Below, piece by piece: positions 53,769 through 64,000 of a DNA stretch of 64,000 nucleotides. Position 1 is the stretch's first letter. Each line of letters opens with the position of its first letter. Source of the DNA: Eledone cirrhosa (taxonomy: Eukaryota); NCBI GenBank assembly GCA_964016885.1, contig OZ024743.1, positions 104,718,001-104,782,000 on the forward strand. The letters are read 5' to 3'. Below the pieces are notes generated by a model. It did no database searches and was not told the DNA's origin. It saw nothing but the letters and a program-made list of their open reading frames with translations. The position numbers were made by a program, and so were the translations under genes.

Positions 53769-54205
53769 ATATGTTTATGTGTGTGCGTGTGTATATATAT
53801 ATGTGTATTATTATTGTATTGTTGTTGTCGTTATTATTGCTGTTATTATTATTACTATTGTTATTATTATGGGTTTTTTTCTCGTGCAATGGCCATACTC
53901 GATAACGAGGGGGCAGCCATCATGTATATGTGTATGCATGCATGTATGTATGTATATATGTATGTATGTATATATGTATGTATGTATGTGTGTGTGTGAG
54001 TATGTATGTATGTGTATGTCTGTCTTTATGTATGTATGTATGTATGTATGTATGTATGTATGTATGTATGTGTATGTATGTATGTATGCATGTATGTATG
54101 TGTTTGAGTATATATGTATGTATGTGTGTGCATGTATGTATGTATGTATGTATGTATGTATGTATGTATGTATGCATGTGTGTAAGTGTCTGTCTGTGTG
54201 TGTCT
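53715..54205. repeat. (GT)n, (ATT)n and (TATG)n microsatellites
   Basis: Direct inspection. Confidence 0.9.
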
Positions 54206-54704
54206 CACATTTTACAACGAATGATGTGACAAATAGAATTGTACCGCTTTCTGGAACTGTTGCTACACCTCAAGAAAAACAATGGAAAGATAACAGCCTA
54301 ATTTGAAGAAAGAAAGAAATAAAGAAAGAGAGAAAGGAAGAAAGAAGGGAATAAAGAAAGAATGAAAGAACGAAAGAAAGAATTTAAGAAAAACATAAAT
54401 CAAATATTATTGGAATAGTTTTTTTTTCTTCTTGAAGATAACAGAAAGTAAATTTTCATCAAGTTTAATAATATAAAAATACAAATATCTATGTTTAATA
54501 AGTGTTTTATCTAATAATTTCCAAATTGATGTTTTGGTTGTTGGTCTTATTGTTGTTGTTGTTGTTGTTGTTGTTGATGTTGCTGTTGTTGTTGGTGGTG
54601 TTATTGTTGTTGTTCTTGTCTTCGTTGTCGTCGTCGTTGTTGTTGTTGTTGTTCTTCTTCTTCTTCTTCTTCTTCTTCTTCTTCTTCTTCTTCTTCTTCT
54701 TCTT

Positions 54705-54735
<31 letters not shown>

Positions 54736-55384
54736 TTATTATTATTATTATTACTATTTTCATCCTCTTAGGAATCTGGTTAAAAATGCGCAAAACAAAA
54801 ATAAAAAAAAATAATATTTATAGAAAATAAGACAATAACGAAAAAAAACAAAAACAGGAGACCAAAAAAAAACAACACAAAACCAACAAAACAAAACCAA
54901 GAAACAAACAAACGAGTAAAAAGTAAAGAAAATACAAAAAAAAAAAGAAGAATATTTTCAAGAAAAGCGATTAAGAGAGACATTTCATAAGTTTGTCCTG
55001 CCATCATCGTTATTGTTGGCTCAATAATCCTTAGCTTCACTAAGTCTTACAACTTGGAACATTTAAATATATAAAACACAAAATAAAGCACAACATTATT
55101 GCTGTTGTAATTATTTTTATTATTATCATTATTATCATCATCACCATCATCATCTTCGTAACCATCATCAGCAGCAGTATCTTATTCATCAATTGAATTG
55201 GATTCTCGCCAAAATATTTAAGCAAACTACGTCGCCGCATTTTGCGTCATCTCACACACACACACACACTCTCTCTCTCTTTCTCTCTTTCTCTCTCACA
55301 CACACACACACACACTCTCTCACTCTCACACACACACACACACTCTCTCTCACACACACACTCACTCTCTCTCTCTCACTCACG

Positions 55385-55508
<124 letters not shown>

Positions 55509-56337
55509 TCCACTCTCTCGCTTTCTCTTTCATTCACCGCCCTCCTTTCCTGCGCTCAACTTAAGAGCCAATTGAGAAAAATAGAGTTTCAAGTACAAAG
55601 CTGTTTGAATTAAAATAACACTTAGTCCTTGTTTTCCAAAGCCCATCTTTTGTTTTTGATTGATTTCTCTACGCATACATGTATGTATGCATGCGTGTGT
55701 GTGTATGTGTGTACATCAATGTACGAGTAGTCCGCCCTTGTTTGCGTAAGCTCATGTGTATCAGTTCTATGTGTTTATATATATATGCTTCTGCAGTTAT
55801 TTCCTGTATGTGTTTGTCTTGTCTTCTGTATGCACATTATTGTCTTATGTATATATTGTCCCTATTTATGTGTGTGCCGTCAACTCTTATTTGTGTATGT
55901 GTAATGCTTTCTTCCTATCTGTGTATATGTGTAGATTTAACCATCACTTGTTTGCATATATACGTATGTACATTCCTATTTTATGTATGTATATGTATCA
56001 AGACCTCTCGAATTTCTTATTCGTAGCTATTCATCTCTTGTTTGCGTATGTACGTATACACATTCCTATCTTATGTGTATATGTATATACACCTCTTGTA
56101 TTTTTGTATGCTTAGTCGTTCATCTCTTGTTTGTGTATGCGCGGTCCTTTCTTAATTTCTATTATGTTTTCCGTGTCTTTTCATCTTAAACACGAGAAAT
56201 CACAAGTATGGAAATTTTACATTTTAAACAAACTTGTATTGTTTCTCATTATTTGTCAAGCACGTTTACAATCTTGAATAAGATTCTTTTGTCATTTGGT
56301 TTTCTTTTTTGTGTGTTCAGGAAAACGGACGTTAAAT

Positions 56338-56456
56338 GTTGATAACAATGATGACGATGATGGCGACGATAATAATGATGATGATGATGATGACGATGAT
56401 GGCGACGATAATAATGATGATGATGATGATGACGATGATGGCGACGATAATAATGA

Positions 56457-56487
<31 letters not shown>

Positions 56488-56512
56488 GATGGCGATGATG
56501 ATAATGATGATA

Positions 56513-56548
<36 letters not shown>

Positions 56549-56560
56549 GCGACGATAACA

Positions 56561-56596
<36 letters not shown>

Positions 56597-56674
56597 GCGA
56601 CGATAATAATGATGATGATGATGATGGCGATGATAACAATGATGATGATGATGATGTTGATGGCGACGATAATA

Positions 56675-56709
<35 letters not shown>

Positions 56710-56740
56710 AATGACGAAGATAATGTTGATCATGTAGATG
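56338..56740. repeat. (GAT)n triplet repeat with GGCGAC interruptions
   Basis: Direct inspection. Confidence 0.95.
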
Positions 56741-56874
56741 ATTGTCTTCGCTTTCATTTGTTGATATTTTCTTATCTTCTCTGTTATATTTTAAAATTAC
56801 TTTTTTACTTTGATTTCCTTTCATTGCCATTATATAAACTGTCAGTTTTTTTCCTCTATTACCTCTCACTCTGA

Positions 56875-58345
56875 TCACCACCTACCTCCTCTCCATCTCT
56901 TCCACCTCTCCCCTCCCCACCACCTACCTCCACTCCATCTCTACCACCTCTACCCCTCCCCACCACCTACCTCCACTCCATCTCTACCACCTCTCCCCCT
57001 CCCCACCACCTACCTCCTCTCCATCTCTACCACCTCTACCCCTCCCCACCACCTACCTCCACTCCATCTCTACCTCCTACCTCCATTCCATCTCTACCCC
57101 CTCCCCCCACCTCCACTTCATCTCTACCACCTCTACCCCTCCCCACCACCTACCCCCACTCCATCTCTTCCACCTCTCCCCTCCCCACCCCTACCTCCAC
57201 TTCATCTCTACCACCTCTACCTCTCACCACCACCTACCTCCACTCCATCTCTTCCACCTCTCCCCTCCCCACCCCCTACCTCCACTTCATCTCTACCACC
57301 TCTCCCCTCCCCACCACCTACCTCCAATCCATCTCTACCACCACTCCCTCTCCTAACCCCTACCCCCACTTCATCTCTACAACCTTCCCCCTCCCCACCA
57401 CCTACCTCCATTCAATCTCTTCCACCTCTCCCCTCCTAACCCCCTACCTCCACTTCATCTCTACCACCTCTCCCTCTCCCCACCACCTACCTCCACCCCA
57501 TCTCTACCACCTCTCCCTCTCCCCACCACCTACCTCCACTCCATCTCTACCACCTCTTCCTCTCCCCACCACCTACCTCCACCCCATCTCTTCCACCTCT
57601 CCTTTCCCCACCACCTACCTCCACTCCACCTCTACTACCTCTCCTTCTCCTCACCCCTACCTCCACCCCATCTCTACCACCTCTCCCTCTGCTAACCCCC
57701 TACCTCCACTTCGTCTCTACCACCTCTCCCTCTCCCCACCACCTACATCCACTCCATCTCTACCACCTCTCTCCCCACCACCTACCTCCACTCCATCTCT
57801 ACCACCTCTACCCCTCCCCACCACCTACCTCCACTCCATCTCTACCTCCTACCTTCATTCCATCTCTACAACCTCTCCCCTCCCCACCACCTACATCCAC
57901 CCCATCTCTACCACCTCTCCTCTCCCCACCACCTACCTCCACTCCATCTCTACCACCTCTCCCTCTCATCACCACCTACCTCCACTCCATCTCTATCACC
58001 TCTCCCTCTCATCACCACCTACCTCCACTCCATCTCTATCACCTCTCCCTCTCCCCACCACCTACCTCCACTCCATCTCTACCACCACTCCCTCTCCTAA
58101 ACACCTACCTCCACTTCATCTCTACCACCTCTCCCTCTCCTAACCTCCCACCTCCACTCCATCTCTACCACCTCTCCCTCTCCTCACCATCCGCCTCCAC
58201 TCCATCTCTACCACCTCTCCCTCTCCTAACCTCCCACCTCCACCCCATCTCTACCACCTCTCTCTCTCCTAACCTCCCACCTCAACTTCATCTCTACCAC
58301 CTCTCTCTCTCCTCACCACCTACCTCCACCCCATCTCTACCACCG
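56875..58345. repeat. C-rich minisatellite, unit ~42-43 bp
   Basis: CACCACCTACCTCCACTCCATCTCTACCACCTCTCCCTCTCCC repeated ~34 times; almost G-free. Confidence 0.92.
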
Positions 58346-59396
58346 CTCCAAATTCCCTATCTACCATCTCTCTTCAATTTCTCTCCATCCACCCCTACAC
58401 CTGCCCTCCACCCCATCTATTTGTACTCTTTACTTCAATCTTTATCGTCATGTTTTCATCTTCTGGACAGCTAATCTTCACACCCACCTGCTTTTTATAC
58501 ACGTACACACACACACACTCACACTCATACATTGAGTGTGAGTGTGCATGTGTGCTCCCGCGCCTCTGTGGGGTTCCACTTAGTGAATCTACACTGAAAT
58601 GCATCTATATATTATTTTCCTCCCTTGCACTGCTTTCATCGATCGGCCGGGACGGTTAGATTGGCTCAGGTTTTCTCATGTTTGATAAGCCTCCATGCCT
58701 GGGTCAAACGTTGTTCTTTGCCTGTCAAGTCCATGTGAAAACATGACCTTTTATTAGCTGCCGCATTAGTGAATGTGCTCTCGTTATTGTTTACATTGCT
58801 TTTATTGCTGCTGTTGCTGGTATTGGTTGTTTCATTGTTCACGTTGTTGTTGTTGATGCTGTCGCTGCTGCTGTTGCTAGTGTTGTGGTGTCGTTGTTCA
58901 CATCGTTGTTGTTGTTGGTGTTGGTTTCGCTTTTACTGTTGTTCCTTTCACTTGTTTCGGTTTTGCTTTTTCTTTTAGTGCTATCTTTGTTCACATTGTT
59001 GTTGGTGGTGTTGCTAATATCGTTGTTGGTGTTGTCGTCGGCGACGTTGCCTGTTGTGGTGGTAAAAGTCACATTGTTCATAACGATGGTGGTGATGGGG
59101 GAGGTGTCTTTCCTCTCAACGTTTGAGTTGCTGTCACGTGACAGCTGGCTCAACGTGAGGTGGGGGGTGGGTGGGTGGGGCATAATCCGTCCATATTTTT
59201 TTTACGAAGAAGTCATTTTTTACACAAAGTCAAGTTAAAATATATGGGCTCAAGGCCCAAATATTATGGGGCCTCCTTTGCACAAGGCAAAGATGGTTGT
59301 GTTATGAACTCTTCTGAGCAAAACAATTACAGCAAAATACAAAATACGAATTGCACGTTTTCACAGACCATACCACAAAGATAATAATTAGAATAA

Positions 59397-59640
59397 TGGT
59401 TTCTACTTTTGGTACAAGGCTAACAATTTTTTGGGGGGTGGGGTGGGGGGTGGGGGTGGGGTTGGGGGGTTGGGTTGATTAATCGACCTCAGTGTGTGAC
59501 TGGTACTTTATTTTATCGACCCCGTAAGGATGAAAGTCAAAGTCAGCCTCGGCGGAATTTGAATTCAGAACGTAAAGGCCTGTAACTCTATGCCACGAAG
59601 CAGGGTGTCCGTCGCTCTACTGATACTGCCAATCCACCAA
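59397..59640 (-). mobile_element. Meta-domain-like SINE, long-tail variant
   Basis: Family motifs on the reverse strand, with an expanded (GGGGGT)n in the tail. Confidence 0.88.
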
Positions 59641-59647
59641 TACTGCC

Positions 59648-59699
<52 letters not shown>

Positions 59700-60123
59700 G
59701 AAATAATAATAAGAAGAACAACAACAAAAGAAGAAGAAGAAGAAGAAGAAGAAGAAGAAGAAGAAGAAGAAGAAGAAGAAGGGGAGACTTTCATGAACAT
59801 ATTTCTGTTGAGTTTTTAAAATAGAAATAACAACGAAGGTAGATGTGATGGCATAAAAGCAAACAAACAATATTAACAAAAAAATAAAATAAAACGTGGA
59901 AGTAATAAAATAAGATAAATGAATACAAAGAAAGCAATAATTAATAACGAGAAAATAACAAAGGATGAAGTTGGATAAAAAACAACAAAAGGAAAAAATC
60001 TCAGAAACAATAAAACTAATAAATAAATAAATATTAACAGAAACAAGCAGAAAGAAATTATATTACATCAGCAGAGGAAGAGAGGAAGACACGTCAGGTA
60101 AAACAACGAACATCCATCCATGT

Positions 60124-60264
<141 letters not shown>

Positions 60265-60727
60265 CATATATATATATACACATACATAGACAAATACATA
60301 TACATACATATATACATACATTCATGCGTAATACATACATATACATCCATACATAAATACATACATATATACATATATGCATACATACATAAATATATAC
60401 ATATATATATATGTATATATATATATTCATACATATATACACACATACATAATACATGCATGCATACATAATACATACGTACAAGCATACATGCATAAAT
60501 ATATGCATACATACAAATATACATATATATATACAAACATAGATACATATACACATACATACATATTCATACATACATATATAGATACATACGTAATTAC
60601 ATATATATATATACATATACACACACACATAAATACGTACATTCACACACACACATAAATACGTACACGTATATAGATACACGTGCATAGAAAGGCACCC
60701 ACATAAAGACACTCATACACAGATACG

Positions 60728-60784
<57 letters not shown>

Positions 60785-60914
60785 GTATATATTTATATGC
60801 CCAACTTAATACGTTTGTTTAGGTAGAAAGCCAATTAGTTTCGGGAAGATGGTAGCAAGGAAATAAAGGGGACTGAATTGTTGCTATTTCAGTGGTACTT
60901 ATTTGTTAACGTGA

Positions 60915-61225
60915 AGCGCGAGGCTTTGTGGTTAGGGTATTCGGTTCGTGATCATAAGGTTCGATTCCCGGCAGAGTGTTGTGTACTTGAGCAAGACACT
61001 TTATTTCACGTTGCTTCAGTCCACTGAGCTCGCAAAAATGATTTGTACCCGTAATTCGAAGGGCCAGCCTTGTCACATTCTGTGTCACGCTGAATCTCCC
61101 TGAGAACTACGTTAAAGGTATGAGTGTTTGTGGAATGCTCAGCCATTTGCATGTTAATATCATGAGCAGGCTGTTCCATTAATCGTATCAACTGGAACAC
61201 TCGTCGTCGTAACTGACGGAGTGCC
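60915..61225 (+). mobile_element. CORE-like tRNA SINE, most complete copy
   Basis: GTGGTTAGGG..GGTTCGATTCCCGG head, GTGTACTTGAGCAAGACACTTTATTTCACG core, tail ending CGTCGTAACTGACGGAGTGCC. Confidence 0.85.
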
Positions 61226-61537
61226 TTCATATTGGTTAACACAATGATATTGCTGGTATTCATCTTATAGCATGGTACGCCACATAGCCGAATGTTTAAG
61301 CAGTTCTCTTCGCATTTCTCTTCGCAGTTCTCTTCGCAATAATTAGATCCCGCTTCAATTCCAATGCGTGACATCTTGGCCAAATGTTATTTAACATAGC
61401 TTTGAGTCTAGCGATGTCTTGTGATTGAAATTGGGTGGACGGAAATTGTTTGGAAGCTTGAACTGAATAATGCTGAATACCACTTAGAATTACGTTAAGG
61501 GTACACGTGTTTTTGGAATTTTTAACTACTTGCACTA

Positions 61538-61722
61538 TAATTGTTTCTACTTTTGGCACAAGGCCAGCAATCAACCAGTGGATTACTGGTACTTTATTTT
61601 ATCGACCCCATAAGGATGAAAGGCAAAGTTAACCTCGACGGGATTTGAATTCAGAATGGTAAGGGCTGTAACTCTATGTGTCAAAGCATGGCGTCCGACC
61701 CTCTACCGATACTGCCAATCCA
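61538..61722 (-). mobile_element. Meta-domain-like SINE, short-tail variant
   Basis: Family motifs on the reverse strand. Confidence 0.9.
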
Positions 61723-62101
61723 CGCATGATGGACTGTATCAGTGATTCAAAAGGCCAGTCCCCCCAGACAGTGTGTGATGTTGATTTCCCCCGAGAATTA
61801 CGTTAAGCGTACACGTATTTGGGAAATTCTTAGCCACTTACACGCTAATGTCAAGAGCAGGCTGGTCCGTTGATCGAAAAGCTGTAACACCCATCTTCGA
61901 AACTGACGCAGGTCCACCGATCGAAACTTATAGCAAAGAAAACAGAGGTAAACTTTGTTCAATCATTATGTTTTCTGTTTTTTTTTCTGTTCTAGAGAAA
62001 ACAACACCATACTTCAGGACTGGGCATATCAAAAGATTGAAATAACAGAGGTAAACCTTGTTCCATAATTATGTTTCTCCGTTTTTTCTGTTCAAGTTCT
62101 A

Positions 62102-62160
62102 GCTGTCTGATGAGCTCATAGCTGTTGAATAATGGTTATCACCGAAATATATATAACAGC
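62102..62160 (+). ncRNA. Type I hammerhead ribozyme, Penelope pLTR-like
   Basis: GCTGT-CTGATGA-GCTCATAGC tgttgaataatg GTTATCACC-GAAA-TATATA-TA-ACAGC; followed by AATAAA and (TA)n; two C-C mismatches in stem II. Confidence 0.75.
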
Positions 62161-62219
62161 GAATATGAATAAACGATGTTAATTTTAACTTGTTGGTTGA
62201 CTTACACTTCTTGTTTTTA

Positions 62220-62300
<81 letters not shown>

Positions 62301-62399
62301 GCATGCATACATACATACATACATATATACAAATACAAGGAATCACTAAAGTTGACACTGGGAAAAGAGAAAGCAGATCCATAGGAAGTTGAAGCAAGC

Positions 62400-63900
62400 A
62401 AAGTTTAAAACAGGCCTGGCCAAAATGTTTGGAGCAGTGGGCTGCATAGGACACGGCCCATCATAAAGTGGTCCGCACTGCTAAAAGATTCCAGGCCAGT
62501 TTAAAATTAGGCATGCCATTATGAAACTCGAACGAGCCATAGTTTTCCCACGACTTGTTTAGAATGTTGAAGATTAGTCGCTTTTTTGTGGGTGTCATTT
62601 GAGCCATAACGTTGGAGGTCCCCAGGGTGCAAGGTTGGCAGTTAAGTTGCTAGGTGAGAAATAACGTGACTAGCTGCAGTTTTATGGACTTGAAGATTTC
62701 CATGGAACCGATCATCTACACGGCGATTCTTCTTGACTATATATAATGCATTGCCGAGTTTATATATTAGAATAATGAGGTATAGACGAAATAGTCAGTC
62801 AGTCACATTGGTCGTATACGTGAAACGTGGTAGAAGTAATTTGGGGGCGATGAAGTAACAAGTATGACCCCAGGAGCAGAAACAAGTAGAAGTTCCAAAT
62901 TGAGGGTGATTAGAAACAAAGAAACTCCTGATAAATGACAGGCTTTGTTTTCATCTTAGCGAGGGGGTGGGCCACTTTGAACCAACCTTTTATACCCTTC
63001 CTGAGACCAACACTTTCAGTGGCTTCTTATAATATGCAGGGATACAGTGTACTTATTCTAAACTGAATACACAATGCAAAATAGACCATGTACAATGTAC
63101 CATACAGTTACATAAATCCTTTAGAATGTACCATAGAGTTACATACAGTATTAGCAATGTCCCATACAGAAACATACAGTATTAACAATGTACATACAGT
63201 AATACTGAGTATTTACAATGATAGTATTTACAATAACATAGAGTATTTACAATGATAGTAGTTGCCGTCCGGCAAATAGTGAAATGTTTAAGGGCCTTGA
63301 TTATGATGTGGTGTTGAATAGTGTTGAAGCAGCTGGGTTGGAAGGAAGGAATTGAAGAGGCAGAGAATTCGGTTCTTAGTTGTGTAGGTCGTGGTAAGAT
63401 AAGGATTGTTTCGGCTAATGACTGAGGTTCGAGAGAGAGAGAAGCGTCCACAAGAAGTTGGTGGTATCTCACGCGAGGAAAAACATGGACACATTTTCTC
63501 CATCGTAATATCAAGGTCGGAATCTATGAGGTAGAGCTCGAAAAGAGATAGCAAAATTTTGTGTGCGAAGAACTTGAAGAAGCAAAGTCGATATAGGAAT
63601 GATAGTTTGTTGATTTATAGTATAAAAGAGACGAAGAGGTAGATGATGACGATAAAAAACAGAAATGTCTGCAAGCAGACTAAATAAATATACTGCAGTC
63701 ATCGCTTTAGCTTGTCAGGAACAAAATATAGTGACAGGCACCAAACATATACCGAAATTTAGTAGTCGATGTATATGTCGTTTGTAATCACACAAGATCA
63801 CAAATCAATGCCAAAAAAGTAAATACCAGATGACCCGAAAGGCTCCGTTAAAAATACAGGGAGAGGAAAAATAGTCCATAAGCTTATAATTTTAAGGAAG
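62400..63900 (-). pseudogene. Ancient L1/Tx1-like reverse transcriptase remnant
   Basis: Ordered patches across frames: S*SDDCSIF (YADD-like), LFELYLIDSDLDITMEK, ISLFAGR / IIVNTLCYCK, GMPNF. Confidence 0.45.
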
Positions 63901-64000
63901 GGGGATGCGTGAATGTCGAGCGAAGAGGATATAAAATTGCACTGATGAATTTATATTCAATACTTACAAAGGAGTCTGATTTATATATATATATATATAT

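Noticed and set aside
56249-57439. Asp-, His- and extensin-like Pro-rich ORFs
   Set aside because: Derived from (GAT)n and the 43 bp minisatellite, whose unit is not a consistent multiple of three.
63940-63975. CTGATGA near the terminal (TA)n
   Set aside because: Lacks GAAA and supporting helices.

Overview
Repeat-dense, gene-poor animal genomic DNA. The tRNA-derived SINE families, microsatellite load and LINE repertoire are typical of a coleoid cephalopod, most likely Octopus (inferred from sequence style, not from a search). No host protein-coding gene can be confidently called, and most ORF-track entries are microsatellite translations. Recognisable content: two Tx1/L1-clade LINE copies, both embedded in (TATC)n tracts (one with an uninterrupted 1.15 kaa ORF2); two decayed RTE LINEs with C-terminal C2H2 fingers; R4/Dong, CRE-like and old L1-like fragments; many Meta-domain-like and CORE-like SINEs; piggyBac-, hAT- and Helitron-type non-autonomous elements; and a 5 kb triplet-based satellite. 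The main unexpected signal is seven type I hammerhead ribozyme (HHR) motifs found by eye, all in or next to (TA)n tracts. These include two adjacent, unrelated ~600 bp tandem units at 46.9-49.0 kb that look like retrozyme or Penelope-derived circular-RNA replicons. One has a rare U3-A8 core; the other shows a compensatory stem II change between its copies.
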